64,000 bases of DNA, taken from contig DAOOOW010000002.1 in the NCBI GenBank assembly GCA_035387885.1, positions 7,869 to 71,868 of the forward strand, given 5' to 3'. Made by a program: the position numbers and the translations under genes. Below, in pieces: positions 1 through 8,605 of the stretch (positions are counted from its first letter, which is position 1; the number at the start of each line of letters is the position of its first letter). Source of the DNA: a bacterium (GTDB lineage: Bacteria; Patescibacteriota; Patescibacteriia; UBA2196). The notes beneath the pieces are model-generated. The model saw only the letters and a program-made list of their open reading frames with translations. It searched no databases and was not told the DNA's origin.

Positions 1-2
1 AG

Positions 3-281
3 GAACTTTTTAGAGCTTATTTTGGCGAGGGAAATTATCGTCTTTTGTTAGAACAAAAAAATCAAAAACGTTTTGGATGTTCTATTGATAAACTGGAAAG
101 TTTGTTTATTGGTTATGGCCCTGAAAATGAAAAAATAATGCTTGATATAATTAAGGGGAAAAAAGTTGTTTTAGAGGCGATAGAAGGCTCGGGGGTTGAT
201 ATACAATATACAAACTTAAAAAAAATATTTTCTAATATTGATTTAATTATTAAACCAAGACCAACATTTAAAATTGAATAG
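3..281 (+). CDS. 3' end of a gene that begins upstream of the window; product unknown
   Basis: Reading frame is open from the window edge to the stop at 279-281. The ORF track shows only the Met-initiated 45..281 part. No family recognised. Confidence 0.35.
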   Translation, partial: ELFRAYFGEGNYRLLLEQKNQKRFGCSIDKLESLFIGYGPENEKIMLDIIKGKKVVLEAIEGSGVDIQYTNLKKIFSNIDLIIKPRPTFKIE

Positions 282-323
282 AGACTCCATTTAAAATGTA
301 GGACGATTAAAATAAGATTTTGT

Positions 324-352
324 TTGACATATCTTTTTAAAAAAAATATAAT
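324..352 (+). promoter_or_regulatory. Sigma70-type promoter (TTGACA-17-TATAAT) driving tRNA-Leu
   Basis: TTGACA at 324-329, a 17-nt spacer, TATAAT at 347-352. The tRNA starts about 20 nt downstream. Confidence 0.6.
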
Positions 353-371
353 ATTCTTATTGATACATTTT

Positions 372-455
372 GCCCAGGTGGTGAAACTGGTATACACTCA
401 AGACTTAAAATCTTGCGGTCGCAAGGCCATGCGGGTTCGACCCCCGCCCTGGGCA
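372..455 (+). tRNA. tRNA-Leu (anticodon TAA), type II with long variable arm
   Basis: Acceptor GCCCAGG/CCTGGGC, anticodon loop CTTAAAA, variable arm CGGTCGCAAGGCCATGC, T-arm GGTTCGACCCC. No CCA encoded. Confidence 0.85.
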
Positions 456-463
456 AATTAAAG

Positions 464-489
464 GCCAGCTGTTTTTACAGTTGGTTTTT
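464..489 (+). terminator. Intrinsic terminator hairpin after tRNA-Leu
   Basis: CCAGCTG-TTTTTAC-AGTTGG stem-loop (one G.U pair) followed by a T-run. Confidence 0.45.
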
Positions 490-598
490 AATTTTGTTGT
501 CATCCCAGACCATATCGGGGATCCAGGATTTTAATTTGCTTAATTTAAGTTTTTGTTATAAAATTAAACCAATATAAATAATAAAAAAAGTTGTTTTT

Positions 599-1045
599 AT
601 GTTTAATCACATAATAAGTTTATTTATTGCTAATTTTTTAGCTATTTATTCTTTTCGTTTTTTTCTAACCGCTAAGGTTCTATTAATAGATAAGAAAATA
701 TTGAGTTCCGATTACCATCATCCTATTTGGGTGAATGTAATAAATTTTCTTGAAGCGACTATTTTTGTAGTTTTCTCACTTTTTAACAAAGATATTATAT
801 TTTTGAATTATTTGCTAGTGGCGGTTTTTCTTTCTTTAATTTATGCTCTTTTATTAAAGATTGAGTACATAAAAATAATTAAGGCAAATTATAGATACAA
901 CTGGCAACGTCTTGGTTATTTAATTCATTATAAAATTATCTTTTTAAATCAAACGGCACAAAAAGTTCATAAAATTATAAAGATGATAATTATATTTTTA
1001 ATAGTATTACCAATTATTTATAAAATAATGAATATATTTTTTTGA
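599..1045 (+). CDS. Hypothetical small membrane protein
   Basis: 148-aa hydrophobic ORF that overlaps the glyQS start by 4 nt. Very AT-rich, no recognised family. Confidence 0.3.
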   Translation: MFNHIISLFIANFLAIYSFRFFLTAKVLLIDKKILSSDYHHPIWVNVINFLEATIFVVFSLFNKDIIFLNYLLVAVFLSLIYALLLKIEYIKIIKANYRYNWQRLGYLIHYKIIFLNQTAQKVHKIIKMIIIFLIVLPIIYKIMNIFF

Positions 1046-2376
1046 GTAAAAATATGAAAACAGATATTAATAAGGTGTCTGTCACATCAGACAAAATGGA
1101 AAAAATAATTTCTCTGTGCAAGAGGCGCGGTTTTGTTTTTCCAGGTTCAGAAATTTATGGCGGTCTGCAAGGATTTTATGATTATGGTCCTTTGGGGGTA
1201 GAGATGAAAAATAATTTAAAAAAACTTTGGTGGCAATGGATGACGCGCCAACATGAAAATATTGTTGGCCTTGATGGCGCCATAATTACTAACCCCAAAG
1301 TTTGGGAAGCTTCTGGCCATCTAAAAAGTTTTGTTGACCCACTGGTTGAATGCAAGAAATGTCATCATCGTTTTAAAGCTGATGATTTGGCTGAAGAAAT
1401 GAAAAAATGTCCAGATTGTGCTGGAGAATTAACCGCGCCACGGATGTATAACACTTTAGTGCCAACCGAACTGGGAGTGATTGAGAGTGAAAAGACCAAA
1501 GCCTATCTCAGGGGTGAAGCCTGCCAAACAATTTATTTGAATTATAAAAATGTTTTAAATTCTACACGTGGCTTAAAAATTCCTTTTGGTATTTGTCAAA
1601 TTGGCAAAGCTTTTCGCAATGAAGTTACTCCGGGTAATTTTCTTTTTCGCCAAAGAGAATTTGAACAATGGGATTTGCAATGGTTTTGTCATCCGGATGA
1701 AATGGCCAAGTGGTTTGCATATTGGAAAAACGAAAGAATGAATTGGTATCAAGCAATTTTTACGCATCCAGAAAATCTTGGTTTTTATGAACATGAAAAA
1801 TTAGCTCATTATGCTAAAAAAGCTTTTGATATAGAATATCTGGCTTCACCAATTGGCAAAGAAATGGAGGGCCTTCATTGGCGCGGGGATTGGGATTTAT
1901 CTAATCACGCTAAATTTTCTGGTGAAGATTTGAGTTATTTTGATGCAGAAAAAAATGAAAAATTTGTGCCCCACATTGTAGAAACTTCTGGCGGAGTTGA
2001 TCGCACATTTTTGTTTTTATTGCTTGACGCCTATACAGAAGAAGAGGGCAGAGTGGTTTTAAAATTAAATTACAAAATCGCACCATACAAAGTCGCAGTT
2101 TTTCCGCTTTTAGCCAACAAACCTCAACTTGTTGAAAAAGCCAAAGAGATTTATAACAATTTAAAAAAAGAATTTAATGTCGCCTGGGACGAACGCGGTA
2201 ATATTGGCAAAAGATATTATTCTCAAGATGAAATTGGCACTCCATTTTGCGTCACCATTGATTTTGATTCTCTGGAAGACAAAAAAGTGACCATACGCGA
2301 TAGAGACACCATGAAGCAAGAACGTGTTGCTGTAGAAGATTTACACAATTACTTAACAAAAGTATTGTCATCCTAA
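1042..2376 (+). CDS. glyQS: Glycine--tRNA ligase, dimeric (alpha2) class II type
   Basis: The N-terminus RGFVFPGSEIYGGLQGFYDYGPLGVE and the class II motifs are typical of dimeric GlyRS. It contains a Cys/His insertion, CKKCHHRF...CPDC. Confidence 0.85.
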   Translation: MSKNMKTDINKVSVTSDKMEKIISLCKRRGFVFPGSEIYGGLQGFYDYGPLGVEMKNNLKKLWWQWMTRQHENIVGLDGAIITNPKVWEASGHLKSFVDPLVECKKCHHRFKADDLAEEMKKCPDCAGELTAPRMYNTLVPTELGVIESEKTKAYLRGEACQTIYLNYKNVLNSTRGLKIPFGICQIGKAFRNEVTPGNFLFRQREFEQWDLQWFCHPDEMAKWFAYWKNERMNWYQAIFTHPENLGFYEHEKLAHYAKKAFDIEYLASPIGKEMEGLHWRGDWDLSNHAKFSGEDLSYFDAEKNEKFVPHIVETSGGVDRTFLFLLLDAYTEEEGRVVLKLNYKIAPYKVAVFPLLANKPQLVEKAKEIYNNLKKEFNVAWDERGNIGKRYYSQDEIGTPFCVTIDFDSLEDKKVTIRDRDTMKQERVAVEDLHNYLTKVLSS

Positions 2377-2400
2377 ATTTGATTTAGGATCCAGAAAATT

Positions 2401-2897
2401 ATGAAGAAAGCTTTATTGTCATTGATGTACAAAAGGGTTTTTTAAATCTTGCCACAAAAAATTTTCCAGTTAAAATTAAAAAGTATTTAGAACAAAATAA
2501 ACATAAATTTGATTTAATTTTGTTTACTCAATATTTAAATCGACTCAATAGTCAATTTGTTAAATTTTTTAATTGGCGTGGCTTTATTGATAAAAAAGAA
2601 AATGATTTATGTGAAGAAATTAAATCCTTTATTAGCAAAAATAATTTATTTAAGAAGTATACTTACGGCAGTTTTGTGGATGATAAATTATTAAAAATTT
2701 TAAAGAAAAATAAAATTGAAGAAGTGTATCTTGTGGGCATTGCTACAGAAAATTGTGTTTTAAATTTTGCTAGGGATGCTTTTGATAGGGGATTCAAAAT
2801 TACAGTTTTAAAAAACTACTGCTTAAGCGATTCTGATAAAAAATTACACAAAGCAGCTTTGAAAATTATTAAAAACAATATTGGGGAAGTCAAATAA
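2401..2897 (+). CDS. Isochorismatase-family (cysteine hydrolase) protein; N-terminus apparently interrupted by a 1-nt frameshift
   Basis: The catalytic-Cys region LVGIATENCVLNFARDAFDRGF is present. The conserved N-terminal IVIDVQKGF motif is encoded upstream of the track ORF (2520..2897) in the same frame, but without a start codon. An ATG at 2401 (MKKALLS..) lies in another frame and stops after 14 codons. Confidence 0.5.
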
Positions 2898-2902
2898 ATT
2901 TT

Positions 2903-4168
2903 ATGCAAAAATATACTTTAAAAAATAAAACCAGAGTAATTTTAACGCCACTTAAAGGCACCAAGGCAGTGACGATTTTGGTTTTATATGGCGTGGGTTC
3001 GCGTTATGAAAGTGAAGAATTGGCTGGCATGTCGCATTTTTTAGAACACATGATGTTTAAAGGTACAACTAAAAGACCAAACACTCTGGCCTTGTCCAAA
3101 GAATTGGATCAAGTGGGGGCGCAATTTAATGCCTACACTGGTAAAGATCAAACAGGTTATTGGATTAAAGTTAATAGTGAACATTTAGATTTGGGTTTAG
3201 ATATGCTTTCAGACATGCTCCATAATTCTAAATTTGACGCTGAAGAATTAAACAGAGAAAAAGGCACGATTATAGAAGAAATAAATATGTATGAAGATAC
3301 TCCAGCCAGACACGTGGAGAGTTTGTTAGAAGAAATAGTTTTTAAAGGTAATACCTTGGCTCGTGATATTGCTGGTTCTAAAAAAACTGTCTCGTCTACT
3401 ACCAGAGAAAAAATGTTGGCCTATTGGCAAAAAAAATATAGTCCTCAAAGTTGCGTCATTAGTATTGCTGGTAAATTTAATCTTAATCAACTTAAAAAAA
3501 ATCTTGTTAAATATTTTGGCCAGGAAATGTCTCAGAGTAAAAAAAATAGTTTTGTTAAGTTCCGAGAATTTCAAAACAAACCGCAGCTTAAATTACAATA
3601 CAAAAAAACAGAGCAAGTGCATCTTTCTTTTGGTTTTACTGGGCCGAAATTAGCTGATAAAGATTTAATGGCCACGCAACTTTTGTCAGTTATTTTAGGT
3701 GGTTCGATGAGTTCCAGATTATTTATCAATATTCGCGAACGCCATGGTCTTTGTTATTATATTCGCGCCAGTCATGATCCTGTGCAAGATACGGGAATTT
3801 TTAATATTTCCGCTGGTCTTGATAAAAAAAGAATATTTACCGCTATCGAATTAATCTTGGAAGAAATAAGAAAAACTAAAAATCAAGGTATTACACTCGA
3901 AGAATTGAGTAAAGCCAAAGAATTTTTAAAAGGCCATTTAATTTTAGAAATGGAAGATTCCAGTAGTGTTGCCGATTGGTATGGCCGGCAGGAATTAATG
4001 TTAAATAAAACTAAAACGCCAGAAGAAAAAATTAAACAATTAATGGCTGTTAAAAAAACCTTTATTGATGCTGTGGCCAAGAAAATTTTTCAAACCAGCA
4101 AATTAAACCTGGCTTTAATTGGACCGTTTAAAAAGGAACAAGAATTTTTAAAATTACTTAAAATATAA
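2903..4168 (+). CDS. M16-family zinc peptidase (insulinase/pitrilysin-like)
   Basis: Inverted zinc motif HFLEHMMFKGT (HxxEH) near the N-terminus. The length and layout fit M16B. Confidence 0.8.
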   Translation: MQKYTLKNKTRVILTPLKGTKAVTILVLYGVGSRYESEELAGMSHFLEHMMFKGTTKRPNTLALSKELDQVGAQFNAYTGKDQTGYWIKVNSEHLDLGLDMLSDMLHNSKFDAEELNREKGTIIEEINMYEDTPARHVESLLEEIVFKGNTLARDIAGSKKTVSSTTREKMLAYWQKKYSPQSCVISIAGKFNLNQLKKNLVKYFGQEMSQSKKNSFVKFREFQNKPQLKLQYKKTEQVHLSFGFTGPKLADKDLMATQLLSVILGGSMSSRLFINIRERHGLCYYIRASHDPVQDTGIFNISAGLDKKRIFTAIELILEEIRKTKNQGITLEELSKAKEFLKGHLILEMEDSSSVADWYGRQELMLNKTKTPEEKIKQLMAVKKTFIDAVAKKIFQTSKLNLALIGPFKKEQEFLKLLKI

Positions 4169-4178
4169 CAAATACAAT

Positions 4179-4292
4179 TCTTAATTTCTAATTTTGAATT
4201 TTAAAATAAATCTTAATTTTATAATTTTTAAAATTGAAATATTATAAAATTATTTCAAAATTCCAAAATTAAAAATTCAAAATTTTAATCCT
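4179..4292 (+). repeat. AT-rich promoter-proximal repeat, copy 1 (related to 10890..10985)
   Basis: Shares TAATTTCTAATTTTGAATTTT... and ...AAATTATTTCAAAATTNNAAAATTAAAAATT with the region upstream of clpP. Confidence 0.5.
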
Positions 4293-5318
4293 ATGTCTTC
4301 TCAAACCTCTATTTCTTACACCTCAATTTTCCGCGTGGTGGCCGTACTTTTAGCACTTTTTGTTGCCTATGTAATTCGCGATGTTATTGGGTTATTATTT
4401 GTAGCCATAGTCATTGCGGCGGCTTTGGATCCTTTTGTAGATTATTTGCAAAAACATAAAATTCCGCGCTCAGTTTCTATTTTAGTGATTTTTTTAATTA
4501 CTTTGTCATTATTTAGTTTGGTGATTGTATTACTAATCCCACCCATTTCAGAACAAGTGGGACAATTAGCCAGAAACTTACCGGATTATTATGAAAAAGT
4601 GGCCTTAGGTTTTAATCGTTTAGGTTCTGATGGATCAGGCTCATCAGTCCCAGCAACTCTGCCGGACGCTCTTTCAAGTCTTAGTTCTAATTTGGCTGGT
4701 GCCACTGGTGGAGTGTTTACTACTTTAACAGGAATTTTTGGTGGTTTGATATCTCTGGTTTCTTTATTAGTGATTGTTTTTTATTTAATGGTCCAAGAAG
4801 ATGGTATTAAATATTATGTTAAACAAATTGTTCCAGAAAAATATAAAAAATATTCACTTGATTTATTTGATCGCATTCAAAATAAACTGGGTTTGTGGCT
4901 AAGAGGACAATTAATTTTGTGTTTGATGGTTGGTTTAGCAGTTTATATTGGTTTAACAATTTTAGGAGTTAAATATGCATTACTCTTGGGTTTTGTGGCA
5001 GCTATTACGGAAATAATACCTTATGTTGGTCCATTTATTGGGGCTATTCCAGGTGTCTTTATTGCTTTTTCAGATTCTCTAACGAAAGTTTTGTTGGTAG
5101 TTTTGGTATATTTTATTGTTCAACAACTAGAAAATAGTGTTTTGGTACCGAAAGTAATGCAAAAATCAGTGGGCTTGGATGCTGTGGTGGTTGTGGTGGC
5201 AATTTTAGTTGGTGGTTCACTTGGCGGAATTGTAGGTGCCCTTTTAGCAGTACCAGTGGCAGTCATTGTTGAAGTTGTTGCTGTAGACTTTATTAATAAA
5301 AAATATCCTCAAGCTTAA
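4293..5318 (+). CDS. AI-2E family transporter (PerM/UPF0118)
   Basis: Polytopic membrane protein with the characteristic N-terminal and C-terminal conserved blocks of the AI-2E family. Confidence 0.75.
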   Translation: MSSQTSISYTSIFRVVAVLLALFVAYVIRDVIGLLFVAIVIAAALDPFVDYLQKHKIPRSVSILVIFLITLSLFSLVIVLLIPPISEQVGQLARNLPDYYEKVALGFNRLGSDGSGSSVPATLPDALSSLSSNLAGATGGVFTTLTGIFGGLISLVSLLVIVFYLMVQEDGIKYYVKQIVPEKYKKYSLDLFDRIQNKLGLWLRGQLILCLMVGLAVYIGLTILGVKYALLLGFVAAITEIIPYVGPFIGAIPGVFIAFSDSLTKVLLVVLVYFIVQQLENSVLVPKVMQKSVGLDAVVVVVAILVGGSLGGIVGALLAVPVAVIVEVVAVDFINKKYPQA

Positions 5319-5319
5319 T

Positions 5320-6129
5320 ATGTTATATATAGTCGCTACACCAATTGGCAATTTGGAAGACATAACATTGCGTGCGCTTAGAATTTTTAAGAGTGTTGAT
5401 TATATTTTATGTGAAGATACGCGCGTCACCAAAAAACTTTTAGATCATTATGAAATTTATCCTATCAAATCTTTGGTCAAAGACCAAAGTGCCAAGCAAT
5501 TTGACAGGCTAAATAAAAAATTAATTAGTTATCATCAGCATAGTAGTGACAAAAAGATTCAGGAAATTCTTGAATTAATAAAAAATAATAATGTAGCATT
5601 AGTCACTGATGCTGGTACACCAGGTATTTCTGATCCGGGAAATAAATTGATTGCGCGTTTGGTAGAGACGAGGCATTGCCTCGTTTCTTCTAATACCAAC
5701 ATTGTACCTGTCCCTGGCCCCTCGGCTTTAATTACCGCACTTTCTATTTCTGGTTTGCCAACTGATAAATTTATTTTTAAAGGTTTTGTGCCTCATAAAA
5801 AAGGCCGTGAAACTTTTTTGCGTCAGGTTTTAGATTCAGAAGAGACTGTGGTTTTTTATGAATCCTGTCATCGAATTTTAAAAACACTTTCCGCGCTATG
5901 TTATCCGTCTTTTTGTCATTCCCGCGAAAGCGGGAATCCAGAAAAAGATAACTGGATCCCCGATCAAGTCAGGGATGACAAAAAAGAAAAACACCTTGTT
6001 GTCTGTCGTGAACTAACTAAAAAATTTGAAACTATTTATCGTGGCACTGCTAATGAAATTTTAGAACAAATAAAAAAGGACTTCCCGACGGGAAATCCTA
6101 AAGGCGAATTTGTCGTGATTAGTGGTTAA
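5320..6129 (+). CDS. rsmI: 16S rRNA (cytidine1402-2'-O)-methyltransferase RsmI, carrying a 66-bp in-frame palindromic repeat insertion
   Basis: N-terminus LYIVATPIGNLEDITLRALRIFKSVDYILCEDTR. The insertion at 5915-5980 (TGTCATTCCCGCGAAAGCGGGAATCC...GGATCCCCGATCAAGTCAGGGATGACA) encodes CHSRESGNPEKDNWIPDQVRDD. Confidence 0.8.
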   Translation: MLYIVATPIGNLEDITLRALRIFKSVDYILCEDTRVTKKLLDHYEIYPIKSLVKDQSAKQFDRLNKKLISYHQHSSDKKIQEILELIKNNNVALVTDAGTPGISDPGNKLIARLVETRHCLVSSNTNIVPVPGPSALITALSISGLPTDKFIFKGFVPHKKGRETFLRQVLDSEETVVFYESCHRILKTLSALCYPSFCHSRESGNPEKDNWIPDQVRDDKKEKHLVVCRELTKKFETIYRGTANEILEQIKKDFPTGNPKGEFVVISG

Positions 6130-6134
6130 AATTG

Positions 6135-6335
6135 TCACTTAATCACAAACGCAGAAATCAATTTGAAATATTGATTTAATATCAATAAACCCACCAAGAT
6201 GCAAATAATACAAAACCCTTGAAAACCAATAATTGGTGGACGACCAAACTCTGTGGCTCTCTCGATGTTTTTATTAATAATTAAACCCGCTACTCCTAAT
6301 ATCAAAAAAATAATGCCAAAAAAAAGATTCCACAT
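6135..6335 (-). CDS. Small two-TM membrane protein (hypothetical)
   Basis: An internal Met of the track ORF 6135..6461 is preceded by a strong RBS (AGGAGG, 4 nt spacer). Starting at the upstream Met would overlap metG. Confidence 0.45.
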   Translation of the reverse strand: MWNLFFGIIFLILGVAGLIINKNIERATEFGRPPIIGFQGFCIICILVGLLILNQYFKLISAFVIK

Positions 6336-6377
6336 AGTTCCTCCTGTTGTTGGATTACGAAATTTTAAAACCTTTTT

Positions 6378-7820
6378 ATGTCTAATAAATTTTATCTTAC
6401 CACAACTCTGCCTTATGTCAATGCTGAACCACACATTGGTTTTGCTTTGGAAATTATTCAAGCCGATGTTCTAGCGCGCTGGCACAGATTTTTAGGTCAG
6501 GAAGTTTTTTTTAATACTGGCACAGATGAACATGGTTTGAAAATTTATCGTAAAGCTTTGGCAGAAAATAAAACTCCCCAAGATTATTGCAATGAATACG
6601 CCACCAAATTTGATAATTTAAAAAGTGCTTTAAATTTAAGTTATAATAATTTTATCCGCACTACTGATGAACACCACACCAAGGCGGCCCAGGAGTTTTG
6701 GCAACGTTGCGAGAAAAATGGTGATATCTACAAAAAAAATTATAGCGTAAAATATTGTGTGGGTTGTGAACTAGAAAAAACCGAATCAGAACTGGTTAAT
6801 AACAAATGTCCAATTCATCCAAATTTAGACTTGGAATTAATTGCTGAAGAAAATTATTTTTTTAGTTTTTCCAAATATCAAGATAAACTTTTAGAATTAT
6901 ATAAAAATAACCCAGAGTTTGTTGTGCCTACCCATCGCTTGCATGAAATAAAAAATTTTGTGGAGGGCGGTTTAGAAGATTTTAGTATTTCTCGATTGAA
7001 AGAAAAAATGCCATGGGGCATTTCTGTGCCAGGCGATGAAAACCATGTGATGTATGTTTGGTTTGACGCTTTGGTTAATTATATTTCCTGTCTGGGTTGG
7101 CCAGATGATGAAAAAAAGTTTAAAGAATTTTGGCCAGGAACGCAAGTGGCAGGCAAAGATAATTTACGTCAACAAACTGCCATGTGGCAAGCCATGTTAA
7201 TGTCTGCTGGTTTACCAAATTCCAAACAAATTTTTATTCATGGTTTTATCACTGCTGGTGGAGAAAAAATGAGTAAATCACTTGGCAATGTGGTTAACCC
7301 TTTTGAGTTAGTTGAAAAATATGGCACTGATGCTATACGTTATTATCTTTTAGCAAAACTTCCACCATATGAAGATGGTGATTATACTGAAGAAAAATTT
7401 AAAGAAGCCTATACTGCTGACCTTTGCAACGGCCTTGGCAACCTTGTCTCGCGATTTTCTAATCTAATCGAAAAGAATAATCTTACTTTGCCATCCCGAC
7501 GAAAGTCGGGATCCAGCAATATTGATGGTAATCAATTGTCAAAAACATTTTCCGACAAATTATCTCACTATAAATTCAATGAAGCCCTAGAAGTTCTCTG
7601 GGCCAAACTTCGTGCTTGTGATGAAACAATTACCAAAACAGAACCTTGGAAAATTAAAGATCAAGAAAAACTCAAAGAAATTTTAGAGCCTATTGCAGAG
7701 GATATTTTAAATGTGGCCATTTTGCTCCAACCCTTTATGCCTAGTACGGCTGAAAAAATAATCAAGACTTTTACAGCAGAAAAAATTGTCAAAAGCGAAC
7801 CATTATTTCCAAGAATATAA
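6378..7820 (+). CDS. metG: Methionine--tRNA ligase (short form)
   Basis: LPYVNAEPHIGF (HIGH-type motif) and KMSKSLGN. A 23-bp hairpin repeat (ATCCCGACGAAAGTCGGGAT) lies in-frame at 7492-7514. Confidence 0.9.
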   Translation: MSNKFYLTTTLPYVNAEPHIGFALEIIQADVLARWHRFLGQEVFFNTGTDEHGLKIYRKALAENKTPQDYCNEYATKFDNLKSALNLSYNNFIRTTDEHHTKAAQEFWQRCEKNGDIYKKNYSVKYCVGCELEKTESELVNNKCPIHPNLDLELIAEENYFFSFSKYQDKLLELYKNNPEFVVPTHRLHEIKNFVEGGLEDFSISRLKEKMPWGISVPGDENHVMYVWFDALVNYISCLGWPDDEKKFKEFWPGTQVAGKDNLRQQTAMWQAMLMSAGLPNSKQIFIHGFITAGGEKMSKSLGNVVNPFELVEKYGTDAIRYYLLAKLPPYEDGDYTEEKFKEAYTADLCNGLGNLVSRFSNLIEKNNLTLPSRRKSGSSNIDGNQLSKTFSDKLSHYKFNEALEVLWAKLRACDETITKTEPWKIKDQEKLKEILEPIAEDILNVAILLQPFMPSTAEKIIKTFTAEKIVKSEPLFPRI

Positions 7821-7822
7821 TA

Positions 7823-7895
7823 CGAATTATTACAAATTATTTGCGAATTATATTAATTGAATTTTATTCGCACAATTCGCAAATAATTCGCTAAT
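7823..7895 (+). repeat. AATTCGC-box cluster upstream of the cvpA-like gene
   Basis: TTGCGAATTA...TTCGCACAATTCGCAAATAATTCGCTAATAATTAGCATA. The same boxes recur upstream of hup, rplK, rplA, GT2 57915 and downstream of 59769. Confidence 0.45.
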
Positions 7896-7912
7896 AATTA
7901 GCATAAAAACTT

Positions 7913-8428
7913 ATGACCATTTTAGATTTCATTCTCATTATTATTCTTTTTTTCTTCACCTTTTCTGGCTTTTGGTTTGGTTTAATCCACACGCTTGGAG
8001 CGCTTGTTGGCACTATTGCTGGCGTTTTAATTGCTGGTCATTATTTTGAAACTGGCACCAGTTTAATTAGTCCCATATTTATGGGTAATACTAATTTGGC
8101 CAGAATTGTGGCTTTTATTTTAATTTTTATTATTGTCAATCGTTTGGTTGGTTTAGTTTTTTGGCTTATCAATAAATTGTTTAATGTCATTGCTATTATT
8201 CCATTTTTAAAAACCATCAACCGTTTGGCTGGAGCAGTACTTGGTTTTTTAGAAGGTTCTTTGGTTTTAGGGGTAGTCATAATTATGATTGGTAAATTTC
8301 CTTTTGCAAATTTTATTATTCCAGCCATTGATGTTTCTAAAGTAGCTAAATATCTAATTTCTGTGGGCAAAATTCTCATGCCTCTTCTGCCAGAAATTGT
8401 TAAACATGCGCAATCATTTATTAAATAA
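7913..8428 (+). CDS. cvpA: CvpA-family membrane protein
   Basis: Four-TM protein whose N-terminus ILDFILIIILFFFTFSGFWFGLI... and length fit the colicin V production protein family. Confidence 0.55.
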   Translation: MTILDFILIIILFFFTFSGFWFGLIHTLGALVGTIAGVLIAGHYFETGTSLISPIFMGNTNLARIVAFILIFIIVNRLVGLVFWLINKLFNVIAIIPFLKTINRLAGAVLGFLEGSLVLGVVIIMIGKFPFANFIIPAIDVSKVAKYLISVGKILMPLLPEIVKHAQSFIK

Positions 8429-8444
8429 TTCGTTTACCCACCTG

Positions 8445-8485
8445 CGCTCCATGGCGACCAATTATCGCTCCGGCGGATAAACTCC
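8445..8485 (+). repeat. Palindromic repeat copy (CGCTCCGGCGGATAAACTC family); inverted partner lies inside tatD at 9067..9098
   Basis: 8445-8477 is the reverse complement of 9067-9098 with 31 of 33 positions matching. The 3' part CGCTCCGGCGGATAAACTC recurs in gyrB at 50574-50592. Confidence 0.7.
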
Positions 8486-8605
8486 AGTTTTAAAATAATA
8501 TTATCTTAAAAATAAGAACCTGCCCCTGCCTAGCCAGCAGGCAGTCGCCGTAGTCCAATTATGAAAATAGTTGTGATAGAAAATCGGCGAAGGCGGGCAA
8601 AGATT

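Noticed and set aside
113-397. Minus-strand ORF (94 aa) overlapping the 3' end of the first gene and the tRNA-Leu promoter
   Set aside because: It is antisense to a better ORF and to a clear promoter and tRNA. The hydrophobic low-complexity translation is typical of AT-rich antisense frames.
1573-1794. Antisense ORFs inside recognised genes (1573..1794 in glyQS; 3326..3574, 3363..3653 and 3883..4080 in the M16 peptidase; 8041..8379; 8633..8842; 11198..11440; 14606..14791; 16550..16735; 20120..20335; 20367..20642; 20798..21001; 23252..23488; 25180..25425; 28408..28605; 34854..35036; 38011..38244; 38726..38953; 38950..39417; 45191..45388; 47086..47358; 47577..47771; 50907..51215; 51729..51962; 52091..52443; 53380..53613; 56412..56726; 60497..60757; 61504..61920)
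   Set aside because: Each lies within or opposite a strongly supported conserved CDS. None has a recognisable motif or credible RBS; they are treated as frame artefacts.
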